Positions 25,901 through 34,392 of a stretch of DNA of 36,353 nucleotides are shown here, one piece after another. The position numbers and the translations under genes were made by a program. The DNA is from a virus. The notes under the pieces were generated by a model. That model was given only the letters and a program-made list of their open reading frames with translations. It did not search any database and was not told the DNA's origin. Where the stretch lies: the UHGV virus genome UHGV-0234394, one strand, 5' to 3'. Every line of letters starts with the position of its first letter. Positions within the stretch are counted from its first letter, which is position 1.

Positions 25901-28741
25901 TCAATCTTTATCGTAAAAACTGCCACGCCCGGCACGGGCGCGCCGTTCCATTTCTGCCCTGACCATTTCACCGACCAGTTTCGCCAGTTCGCGGGGATTC
26001 TGCGTAACAACGTTATGCAGATGAACATGAATTTCACCACCAAATCCGGAGGCAACAGGCTCCCGGTTACGGGAAGTTACAGGAACTGATGCCACTGGAG
26101 ATCGTATGGCCTCCGCCACCGGGCGGGAGCTGGCCGCAACAACAGGGACCAGCGCCGGAGGCAGCGGAGCCGGGACCGCGGGTGTGATATTAATTGCGGG
26201 GGGCTTACTGACCTGCGCAATCTTCCGCTCCTGCCACTCCCCACGAACAGCAAGTGCGCGGGGCAGGTTCTTAAAGACAATATCGCCGGGGCCAATGCGT
26301 TTTTTCGTCTCATCAACCAGCTTACCTGTGTTATCAGCAATTTTGCTGAGTCTGCGCAGCGTACCGGTATTGCTGTCTGTGAGCGGTTTATTGTCTTTGG
26401 GGTTATCACCTCCGGTGCCATTGCCATTTTCCACAGGCTTCGGCGGATTGATTTTCGCCAGGTCCCCCTGAAGCAAGGCAACCTTGTCCTGAAGAATGGC
26501 CGCACGCTGTGCGTCTTCGATTTTCTTGCGCGCCCTTTCCGCTTCATCCGGAAGGACGCCAAGTTTTTCAAGTATCCACGCCAGCGTATCCAGCAGCATT
26601 TTTGCAGGTGTCAGAACAAGCTGTAACGCACCGCCAAGAACGTTACCGAATATCTCGCCAGCACTGGTACATTTATCCAGCGTTTCCTTGCTGGACTCCA
26701 TCGGTGACAGCAGCGATTTAAACCAGTTAAACACCTGGCTGATCCCGCTCCCGATTGCGTCAAAAACAGGACCAAACCGTTCAAAGGTTTCGCGCAACGG
26801 GGTCAGCCTTTCCATAATCCCGCTGAACACCCCGGCAAAAAATGCCCTGATGGGATCCCAGTATTTCCAGATAAGAACGGCAGCTCCGGCAAGCGCAGCC
26901 ACGATAAGACCAACCGGACTGAACAACGCCCCGATAGCGCCTCCCAGCAAAGAAACAGAACCCGTCACCATTCCCCACAGCGCAGGCAACACCCTGATGA
27001 CATTCATTGACCGGGTAAGAATGTCGAAACCAAGACGCAGGGTGGCCAGCTTCCCGTAAAGCCCCCCAATAACCAGCGACAACGAGCCAATCGTTGCTGT
27101 CATTGCCAGCAACGCACCGCCTGCTATCAGTAGCTGGCGCGTCAGTACCGGATGGGCCTGCGCCAGCGAGGTGATTTTTTCAAGCACCCGCGTGAGCCAC
27201 TGCGTGACAGAACGCAGCGGACCGTCAACCAGATCACTGATGCGAATACGAAGACCTTCCCATGCGCTGTCGAGATTTTTCAGGTCCCCATCAAGATTAT
27301 CGGCCATTACTTTTGCAACGCGATCGGCCTCTCCCCTTGCCCCCTGCAATTCTCTGGTCAGTTTTTGCAGTTCTCCTGAACCAGCCGCCGCAACAAGCGT
27401 CTGCAAACCAACGAACGCCTCTTCTCCGGCGATGTCCTTAAAGAAGGAGACCTGGTCCACCTGTCCGTATTTTTGTGTCGCCTTATAGAGATCAAGCAGC
27501 ACATCCTCCATCGGGCGCATTTTGCCTCTGGCGTCAGCAACTGACACCCCCAGCTCTTTCAGTGCATCAGCCGCAGCTTTTGGCGGTGATGCAAGGCGGG
27601 ACAGACTTGCGCGCATGGCCGTACCAGCATCGCTTCCGCGAAGACCATTATTGGCAAGCATCCCGGCCATGGCCGCCGCTTCTTCAAGACTGATACCAAG
27701 TTTTGCAGCAACCGGACCGGTATACTTCATGGTTTCGCCCAGCGCGCGTAAATCAGTATTGGTCCGGGTAAATGCTGCTGTCAGCGTATCACCCACCCGG
27801 TCCATTTGATCGGCTGTCAGGTTGAACTGTGTGAGGATATTGGAGCCTATATCAGCCGTCTCGCCGAGTTCGACGCCACCTGCCAGCGCCATATTAAGAA
27901 CACCGGGCAATGCGGCCTGAATGGCCTGCGGAGTAAAACCAGCCATTGCCAGAAAGCTCTGCCCACTGGCGGCATCACTCGCAGTAAACTGTGTTTCAGA
28001 GCCAAGTTTTAACGCCTGCTCACGCAGCGCCTTAAACTGCGGGCTGTTTTTGTCGATTCGCGTCAGTGCCTGAACGCGGGACATCTCTTTGCCGAACCCG
28101 ATCGCAGGCTGCAAAAAACGCCCGACAGCATAGCCGCCCGCCGCTGCCGCACCAATTGCCAGCGCACCACCTGTTTTCAGTTTTCCCGCGGTTTCCTGCG
28201 CGCGCGAATACCGCTCACGCGCCCGCGTTACACGCGCAAGCGCCTGCCGTTCGCGTTCAAGCTGGTTGTTGTACTGTTCGGTGCGTCTGATGGCCTGCTG
28301 GATGGTGTTATCGCTGCCTGTCAGGGAAATGCCGTGGCGTTTCAGCTCTCCGCCAAGTTCCCGCATTTTCTGAATTTCCCGTGTGCGCGATTCATTCAGG
28401 CGTTCAAGCCGGGTGCTTAACTGCTGCATCAGCTTTTGTTGTTTTTCGCTGAGCACTGTACCCGTGCGTTGTAACTGATTAAGGGCGTTAAGCTGGCGTC
28501 GTGCTTTCACGATACCCGCATCCGCTTTACTGACAGCGTCGCGGGCGCGCTCAAATGAACGCGCCTGACGCTCGAGATTTTTGATCGCCCCCTGCGTTCG
28601 CTGGATGGAGTCACCAAACTGCCCCATCAGGCGGCGGGCGTTTTCGGCAGGCCGGGTCAGCCTGTCAACGGCGCTGAAAGCGACCCGGATATCAAGAGTC
28701 TTCATTGTCTGCATTCCCGCTGCGAAGTGCCGCCCGCTCAC
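25901..28741 (-). CDS. T: tail tape measure protein (P2 T-like)
   Basis: 946 aa, Ala/Gly/Leu-rich with helical heptad-like regions and a hydrophobic central segment; start not refined. Confidence 0.85.
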   Translation of the reverse strand: MSGRHFAAGMQTMKTLDIRVAFSAVDRLTRPAENARRLMGQFGDSIQRTQGAIKNLERQARSFERARDAVSKADAGIVKARRQLNALNQLQRTGTVLSEKQQKLMQQLSTRLERLNESRTREIQKMRELGGELKRHGISLTGSDNTIQQAIRRTEQYNNQLERERQALARVTRARERYSRAQETAGKLKTGGALAIGAAAAGGYAVGRFLQPAIGFGKEMSRVQALTRIDKNSPQFKALREQALKLGSETQFTASDAASGQSFLAMAGFTPQAIQAALPGVLNMALAGGVELGETADIGSNILTQFNLTADQMDRVGDTLTAAFTRTNTDLRALGETMKYTGPVAAKLGISLEEAAAMAGMLANNGLRGSDAGTAMRASLSRLASPPKAAADALKELGVSVADARGKMRPMEDVLLDLYKATQKYGQVDQVSFFKDIAGEEAFVGLQTLVAAAGSGELQKLTRELQGARGEADRVAKVMADNLDGDLKNLDSAWEGLRIRISDLVDGPLRSVTQWLTRVLEKITSLAQAHPVLTRQLLIAGGALLAMTATIGSLSLVIGGLYGKLATLRLGFDILTRSMNVIRVLPALWGMVTGSVSLLGGAIGALFSPVGLIVAALAGAAVLIWKYWDPIRAFFAGVFSGIMERLTPLRETFERFGPVFDAIGSGISQVFNWFKSLLSPMESSKETLDKCTSAGEIFGNVLGGALQLVLTPAKMLLDTLAWILEKLGVLPDEAERARKKIEDAQRAAILQDKVALLQGDLAKINPPKPVENGNGTGGDNPKDNKPLTDSNTGTLRRLSKIADNTGKLVDETKKRIGPGDIVFKNLPRALAVRGEWQERKIAQVSKPPAINITPAVPAPLPPALVPVVAASSRPVAEAIRSPVASVPVTSRNREPVASGFGGEIHVHLHNVVTQNPRELAKLVGEMVRAEMERRARAGRGSFYDKD

Positions 28742-28958
28742 GCCAGCTAACCACTTCGCCGGGCGTCATCATGAAGATTTCGGCGGGCGACCAGTTAAAA
28801 ATGGCGGCGATATCTGCCACCAGATCTTCGATGTGCTCAAAGCACACCAGGGTGATTACGCTGCCGTCTCCTGCACGCTCTTCGCGCCAGAGTCTGGCTC
28901 GCTCATAAAATTTACAGCCACAGCGCACAACTGAATAAAATCGCGTGACGACATTTTT
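28692..28958 (-). CDS. E' frameshift extension of the tail assembly chaperone (E+E')
   Basis: Open in the -1 frame relative to E from 28958 downward; only entry point is the A7 run at 28954-28960 inside E. Confidence 0.5.
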   Translation of the reverse strand, partial: KNVVTRFYSVVRCGCKFYERARLWREERAGDGSVITLVCFEHIEDLVADIAAIFNWSPAEIFMMTPGEVVSWRERAALRSGNADNEDS

Positions 28959-29230
28959 TTAATCATCACTTCATCCAGTCGTGGCGAGGTCACGCGAGGC
29001 AACAGCGTGAACATGGTATCCGCTTTCAGATTCAGCACATCAGACAGCGACAGACCACGCAGGGATCCAGCCTGTTCAATAGCCCCGGTGATCTCCACAT
29101 ACGTGATTTTTTCGCCACCACGCTCAATTGGTCGGGTCAGTTTTACGCCACGTTCGACAGCCATAACCTCACCTGCCGTCACATCATCCGCCACGGTGTT
29201 ATTCCGGGTTTCAGTATCGATGTCTTTCAT
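28856..29230 (-). CDS. E: tail assembly chaperone (P2 E-like)
   Basis: 124 aa between tail tube and tape measure genes; contains the A7 slippery run near its 3' end. Confidence 0.7.
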   Translation of the reverse strand: MKDIDTETRNNTVADDVTAGEVMAVERGVKLTRPIERGGEKITYVEITGAIEQAGSLRGLSLSDVLNLKADTMFTLLPRVTSPRLDEVMIKKMSSRDFIQLCAVAVNFMSEPDSGAKSVQETAA

Positions 29231-29285
29231 CAGTTGTCTCCTTTTCAGTCAGAGGCGACGCACTGCGCCGCCTGCATATTACTTA

Positions 29286-29798
29286 TCAGCCAAGCCCAAG
29301 CGCGGAACGGATGCGGTCAGGCACAATGTCCTTGCCGTCCTTCCGGTAGATGTGGTTCAACAGGTCGATTTCCCACAGCGGGCGATCGTTAACGCTCAGC
29401 TTGTAGTAGGTGTTTTTGACAGCGTAAGTGTGTGATGTGGCTTCGCCCTGTTTGGCTTCCCCCATATCAATTTCCGTCACACGCCCGCGCATCTCGATTT
29501 CATACAGATCGCTTTCTGCATCGGTGTAGTATTCACCCGCAAAACGCAGCAGCGTGCCGTCAATCGTGCCGCCATATTTAAGGAACAGCGCACGAACAGC
29601 TCCCCCCATGACAAAACTCGCATCAAGTGCGGAGTCGTCCAGACCGAGATCAATACTTACTGCCCCCATCATGCCACCACCACGATAGCTGTCGGTTTTG
29701 CGCGTCAGTTTGGGCGGCGTGACGGATGTCACTTTACCCACTTCGTTTTCACCATCCACAAACAACGTAAAAAAGCGAAGATGTTTTGGTACAGCCAT
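29286..29798 (-). CDS. FII: tail tube protein (P2 FII-like)
   Basis: 170 aa; position after sheath gene. Confidence 0.8.
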   Translation of the reverse strand: MAVPKHLRFFTLFVDGENEVGKVTSVTPPKLTRKTDSYRGGGMMGAVSIDLGLDDSALDASFVMGGAVRALFLKYGGTIDGTLLRFAGEYYTDAESDLYEIEMRGRVTEIDMGEAKQGEATSHTYAVKNTYYKLSVNDRPLWEIDLLNHIYRKDGKDIVPDRIRSALGLG

Positions 29799-30982
29799 CA
29801 GGCACCTCCCAGCACCGCAAATGCGGGACCAAAGAATTCATCAGTAAACGACTGGTAAAGCTCCATGTCTTCCAGTGGCGGAACGGGCGTATATTTGTAG
29901 CGAATACGCACACGTCCCTGACGTAAATTCGTGGTGCCGTTATCCACCACGTCATACCAGCACTCCGCGCCAATCAGTTTCCCGGCAGTAACCAGCGAAT
30001 CCAGTTTTGCCCTGATGGCGCTGATAACATCCTTCACGTTCGCAGGTGTCAGTGGACTGTCGATGGTTTCAAACTGCGCTTCCGCAATTGAATCAGCCAG
30101 CACCTGTGCGGTTCGGGTATACACCTCAAAGATGTAGGCGTTCGTTTCCGGTGTGCGGTTGCCCCAGAAGCGGAACCCGTTGCGACGAATAATGGTCGTG
30201 ATTTCTTTGTTGTTGAGGCTGTTGGCATCGCTGTCTTCGGCCTGCAACGACCAGAACACATGCCTGGACATTCCCAGCACATTTTTAACCGGAACGTTGG
30301 ACAGCGATTTGTGCCAGCCCTGCTCATGGTCAATGTACGCACGAAGGCCGCACGCATAAGCAGGCGCGGGGAACGTTTCGTTTTTGCCACTTTTCGGGTT
30401 GTAGGCGATGAAGTCCGGCCATAAGAGCATCACCTCACGTTCGTTGAATTTCTGGCGGTAGGTAATCGCCTCAGCCATCGTGTTACAGCCGTGACATGAG
30501 GCATACACAAACGCGCGCAGTTTACCTGCAATCACGCACAGGGATTTTGTTACAGCCTCCGTGTCCAGCTCCGGCGCGGCCAGAATACGCGGACGGTATC
30601 CGATGCTTTCATCCTGCTCTGCAACAAGCAGCGCATACATCCCCGTATAGCTGCCGTCATCCTCAGAACCACCGATAACCAGTTGATCCTGCGTCTTTCC
30701 GTCTTCTTCTTTGTGTTCAGCCACGCGAACGACGATCACCTTTGTGCTCACCTGGTCTGCGATGGCCTTAAGCGCACGATAAAGCGTCCCCGTTGTCCCG
30801 CATTTTCCCAGCACGTCATTGACGCGGGTCAGCAGTGTGGGCTTATTCAGCGGGAACAGCTTCGCGTCCGCATCATCCGCCGTTGCCACGATACCGATAA
30901 CGCTGGAATCAACATCGTTAATCGCTGTTACCAGGTCGGTATTTTCCGTAACACGGGCACCATGAAAACGAGTTTCACTCAT
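29798..30982 (-). CDS. FI: contractile tail sheath protein (P2 FI-like)
   Basis: 394 aa; extensive resemblance to P2 FI (KLRAF, WPDF, EQGWHK, LIRR-GFRFWGNRT, YTPVPPLE motifs). Confidence 0.9.
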   Translation of the reverse strand: MSETRFHGARVTENTDLVTAINDVDSSVIGIVATADDADAKLFPLNKPTLLTRVNDVLGKCGTTGTLYRALKAIADQVSTKVIVVRVAEHKEEDGKTQDQLVIGGSEDDGSYTGMYALLVAEQDESIGYRPRILAAPELDTEAVTKSLCVIAGKLRAFVYASCHGCNTMAEAITYRQKFNEREVMLLWPDFIAYNPKSGKNETFPAPAYACGLRAYIDHEQGWHKSLSNVPVKNVLGMSRHVFWSLQAEDSDANSLNNKEITTIIRRNGFRFWGNRTPETNAYIFEVYTRTAQVLADSIAEAQFETIDSPLTPANVKDVISAIRAKLDSLVTAGKLIGAECWYDVVDNGTTNLRQGRVRIRYKYTPVPPLEDMELYQSFTDEFFGPAFAVLGGA

Positions 30983-31139
30983 AGCTTCAGCCCCTTGTAT
31001 CCGTTAAATGATTCGGCAACAATCATCACCCACCACGCGCGTAATCTCACCCCTGCGCCGTTCTTCCGACCCAGAGACAACAAAAAGCAGTAACCCCCTC
31101 CGCACGCACATGCGACCATGCCGCACAGGGAGGGAACAG

Positions 31140-32249
31140 ATGACCGACACCACCATGCAATTGCTCAGTCAGAGCACAGACCCCGTGAAAATGCCGGATT
31201 TTGATATTCTCGCGGAGGGTAAAACGCTGTCAGGCGTGGCAGAGCGCCTGATGAGCCTGTCACTGACCGACAACCGGGGATTTGAGGCGGACCAGCTCAC
31301 CATCACGCTGGATGATGCGGATGGTCAGTTGCAGCTACCGCCACGGGGCGCGCGCCTGACGGTTCTCATTGGCTGGAAAGGAGAACCGCTGACAGAAAAA
31401 GGCACTTACATTGTTGATGAAATCGCTCACGAAGGACCGCCGGACAGGCTGACTGTTTCAGCCAGAAGCGCAGATTTTCGGGATGAATTTAACGTTAAAC
31501 GTGAGGTGTCCTGGCATGATGTGACCGTTGAGCGTGTGGTATCCGCCATCGCTCATCGGTATGGTCTGAAACCGCAAATCAGCGAAATGCTGATGGATAT
31601 CGAAATCGACCACGCCGACCAGACCGAAGAAAGCGACATGTCCTTCCTTACGCGCATGGCGGAAATGCTGGGCGCAATCACCACGGTAAAAAGCGGTAAT
31701 CTGTTATTCATCATGCCCGGCGGTGGCGTGAACGCGCAGGGCCAGCCGTTGCCATCGTTTGCCATCACACGCAGCAGCGGCGATCGCCATCAGTTCCGCA
31801 TTGCTGACCGCGAAGCGTATACGGGGGTACGCGCTTACTGGCTTGATCTTAATTACGGGAAAAAGAAAAAAGTCAGCGTGAAACGCCGCAAACCGCCAAA
31901 ACCCAAAAAGGAGAAAAGCAGCAGCCGTGAAGGTGATTATATGGAAGGCGCGGAAGGCAATGTGTTTGTGTTACGCAAGACCTATCAGAACGAACAGGCA
32001 GCAAGACGCGCAGCGGCGGCAAAGTGGCAGCAGCTACAACGCGGAGCCGCATCATTTTCCATCACGCTGGCGCGTGGACGTGCAGAACTCTACCCCGAAA
32101 TGCATGGCACGGTAACAGGATTTAAAAGCGAGATTGATAATCAGGACTGGATTATTGCGAAAGCCGAGCACACCATTGATAACAGTGGCTTTACCACGCA
32201 GCTTGAGCTTGAAGCAAAAATTCCGGAATGGATCGTAGAAACAGAATGA
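31140..32249 (+). CDS. D: tail/late-control protein D
   Basis: Track ORF 31008..32249; ATG at 31140 with GGAGGG upstream; about 369 aa; position before ogr as in P2. Confidence 0.8.
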   Translation: MTDTTMQLLSQSTDPVKMPDFDILAEGKTLSGVAERLMSLSLTDNRGFEADQLTITLDDADGQLQLPPRGARLTVLIGWKGEPLTEKGTYIVDEIAHEGPPDRLTVSARSADFRDEFNVKREVSWHDVTVERVVSAIAHRYGLKPQISEMLMDIEIDHADQTEESDMSFLTRMAEMLGAITTVKSGNLLFIMPGGGVNAQGQPLPSFAITRSSGDRHQFRIADREAYTGVRAYWLDLNYGKKKKVSVKRRKPPKPKKEKSSSREGDYMEGAEGNVFVLRKTYQNEQAARRAAAAKWQQLQRGAASFSITLARGRAELYPEMHGTVTGFKSEIDNQDWIIAKAEHTIDNSGFTTQLELEAKIPEWIVETE

Positions 32250-32371
32250 GTAAATTAGATGCATTAGCTCAGTCATGAGTTTACTGATTACGTACGGCAC
32301 AGAAGCAGACCTGATAGTTTGCTCTGTGCCAGAAACGGACATTGCCGACATCATAATCGACACAAATTACA

Positions 32372-33157
32372 TCAATCACCTATGTGATTACGTTCTATAT
32401 ATCTTACAATCTTCTCTAAAGATTCAAATCCCCACCTCTGCATAGCATGTGGGAATTCTGTATATTCATAATCTTCTATGGTGAGATCCCATGTACTTTT
32501 CTTGAATTCACACTGATATAATCGCACAGTCTTGTTTAAAACCAACCCTTCTAACACACTGCTTTTCTTAATGATTTTGTCAATGTCTTTATTGTTAATC
32601 CCAATGTAGATAGCTGTTACCGAACTTAAATCAGTTATCTTGTCAATTAAAATATTTTCTTGCTTTTGTAATAGCCCCACTCGCTTTATTATTCTAACTT
32701 CTTCTTCATATTTCCAATGCAATGATTTAGTAAGCAATAATTTACTAATTACATCAGCGCTATAAATGTTTTCTTGACTGATTTTTAGTTTACTTTTTAT
32801 TCGACTCTCTAAATAATTAATGTCACCTTTCTGTGCCGTAATTAGGCATTTTTCTTCATCATCAAACCCTGCCCTTTCTGTGTCAATTGCTACAACAAAC
32901 CCCTGATGTTTATCAGCATAATGTGACCACATCAGTACATTGAGAGGATTTTTAGAAAGGCATAAGCAGGCAACATTTTGATTGATCTCCCCCCTCATAG
33001 CTAATGGTTCAAGCGATTCACCATCTAATGAAAGTTCATAGCCATAGCTTTCAAAAGGATCATTAAACTCACTATATGGAGTGAATTTTATAGAGATGTA
33101 ACCATCTTTAAAAAATCGTTCCAATGATGTCTTATCTATATATTTATACAGAATCAT
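32372..33157 (-). CDS. AT-rich accessory protein of unknown function (about 261 aa), N-terminal LYKY motif
   Basis: Track ORF 32372..33208 begins with TTG; first ATG gives MILYKYIDKTSLERFF; strongly AT-rich versus flanking D and ogr; convergent with D. Confidence 0.6.
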   Translation of the reverse strand: MILYKYIDKTSLERFFKDGYISIKFTPYSEFNDPFESYGYELSLDGESLEPLAMRGEINQNVACLCLSKNPLNVLMWSHYADKHQGFVVAIDTERAGFDDEEKCLITAQKGDINYLESRIKSKLKISQENIYSADVISKLLLTKSLHWKYEEEVRIIKRVGLLQKQENILIDKITDLSSVTAIYIGINNKDIDKIIKKSSVLEGLVLNKTVRLYQCEFKKSTWDLTIEDYEYTEFPHAMQRWGFESLEKIVRYIERNHIGD

Positions 33158-33352
33158 AATATATTCAGAATTAATTATAGGTGTTATCAGTATACAGTAC
33201 TTCAACAAGTAGATGTAAAGATCCCATTTAAACGTTCCTCCTCAATACGCGGATTAAACAAATTAAAGCATCTTACTCAAAATGGACCATCAGTTGGATT
33301 TAGAGCCAACACAACCTAGAATAGCGGCAGCACCACGTTAAGGGAGGTCGCT

Positions 33353-33613
33353 ATGTTCCGTTGTCCGCTTTGTGGCGCATCTGCCCGTATCCGCACCAGT
33401 CGTCCGGAAAATGATTCAAACACCGTGCGACAAAAGTATTACCAGTGCAACAACCTGGAATGCGGCGTATGCTTCTCAACACTGGAAGCTTTCCATAAAT
33501 TCACATCGAAACACGCCTCCGGCGTTCACTCTTCAGAAGGTATCCCGTGGCATGAGCTGCCAGCTTCACACAGGGGAAACAATCAGATGAGTTTGCCTTT
33601 ACCTCAGAATTAA
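33353..33613 (+). CDS. ogr: late transcription activator, Ogr/Delta zinc-finger family
   Basis: MFRCPLCG...YYQCNNLECG four-Cys pattern as in P2 Ogr; GGGAGG SD. Confidence 0.85.
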   Translation: MFRCPLCGASARIRTSRPENDSNTVRQKYYQCNNLECGVCFSTLEAFHKFTSKHASGVHSSEGIPWHELPASHRGNNQMSLPLPQN

Positions 33614-33701
33614 CAGGCAGAATTGCCGGAGTAACAAAAAAGCGATAGATTACGCGCGGGTGCCTTTCGGCTGATGGTCGGAGGGAATACCCGAAGGCCA
33701 G

Positions 33702-33938
33702 ATGTGGAAAGGCCCCGGAAAACATTTCTGTTTAACCGAGGCCCTAACACTTCTTACCTTCGCAAGTAGAAGGTTAGCGCCTCTCCTCTCAGGAGACAAG
33801 CGTTATGACGCAAATTCCGTTAAAAACCCTGTTACTTTGCATAACTGCGGTAGCGATAATCTGGATCCTCCACACATCACCGTGCGAGTTACGATTCAGG
33901 TTTGCTGGCACGGAAATTGCGGCATTCTTACTATGTAA
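33702..33938 (+). CDS. mok: mok-like leader ORF overlapping hok
   Basis: 78-codon ORF in a different frame spanning nearly all of the hok-like gene, the arrangement seen in hok/sok loci. Confidence 0.45.
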   Translation: MWKGPGKHFCLTEALTLLTFASRRLAPLLSGDKRYDANSVKNPVTLHNCGSDNLDPPHITVRVTIQVCWHGNCGILTM

Positions 33939-33945
33939 TAAGTAA
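33805..33945 (+). CDS. hok: Hok/Gef-family type I toxin (46 aa)
   Basis: MTQIPLKTLLLCITAVAIIWILHTSPCELRFRFAGTEIAAFLLCNK: TM helix plus the conserved C-E-(I/L)-R...E-(V/I)-A-A-F core of Hok/Gef; AGGAGA SD 8 nt upstream. Confidence 0.8.
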   Translation: MTQIPLKTLLLCITAVAIIWILHTSPCELRFRFAGTEIAAFLLCNK

Positions 33946-34033
33946 GATAACCGCGACGGGGGAGTAATCCCCCGTCAATCGGTTGCTAAGGTTGGTCGAA
34001 ACGGCACCCTATCTCACAGACATGAACAACAAA

Positions 34034-34065
34034 CCCGCAGCGTAAAAACTGCGGGTTTTCTTTTT
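34034..34065. terminator. intrinsic terminator (functional on both strands) followed by a second perfect hairpin at 34066-34089
   Basis: cccgcag-loop-ctgcggg with T-rich runs on both strands; adjacent 10-bp stem ggtgccctca/tgagggcacc. Confidence 0.65.
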
Positions 34066-34112
34066 GGTGCCCTCACAAATGAGGGCACCATACATAAGCA
34101 ATAGGCATAACA

Positions 34113-34147
34113 GATCAATGCAATAAATCCGATCGATAAAAACGATC
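34113..34147. promoter_or_regulatory. cluster of three GATC sites upstream of com (two inside a GATCGAT direct repeat)
   Basis: GATC at 34113-34116, 34131-34134, 34144-34147; 50-80 bp upstream of the com start. Confidence 0.5.
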
Positions 34148-34194
34148 GATTTGTTATCATATCGGCAGCAGTAACCACACAAGAGGTGCCGCAA

Positions 34195-34392
34195 ATGACG
34201 CAAAATGTACGATGCAAAAATTGCAACAAACTACTTGCCCGCGCCTCATTTCACTACATTGAAATAAAATGTCCGCGCTGCAAAACACTTAACCAGATAA
34301 CGAGAGCCATCGAGCACCCCACACACATGAGGAGTTATGACCGTGGGGATCGCAATCCAGCACCAACCAGCACATACACCGGAACACACTAA
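34195..34392 (+). CDS. com: Com-like zinc-finger translational regulator
   Basis: MTQNVRCKNCNKLLARASFHYIEIKCPRCK...EHPT closely parallels Mu Com (RCKNCNKLL, IEIRCPRCK, EHPT); AAGAGG SD; 3' end overlaps the methyltransferase start. Confidence 0.8.
   Translation: MTQNVRCKNCNKLLARASFHYIEIKCPRCKTLNQITRAIEHPTHMRSYDRGDRNPAPTSTYTGTH

Noticed and set aside
24611-31139. Site-specific invertase-mediated inversion of the tail block (Gin/Cin-like)
   Set aside because: No invertase gene and no obvious inverted repeats at the block boundaries; orientation more likely reflects an ancestral rearrangement or mosaic recombination.
33964-33974. 11-bp repeat taatcccccgt as the true attR core
   Set aside because: The longer 23-bp repeat at 35173-35195 is a better match and sits at the chromosome junction; the short repeat is kept only as a possible older junction.
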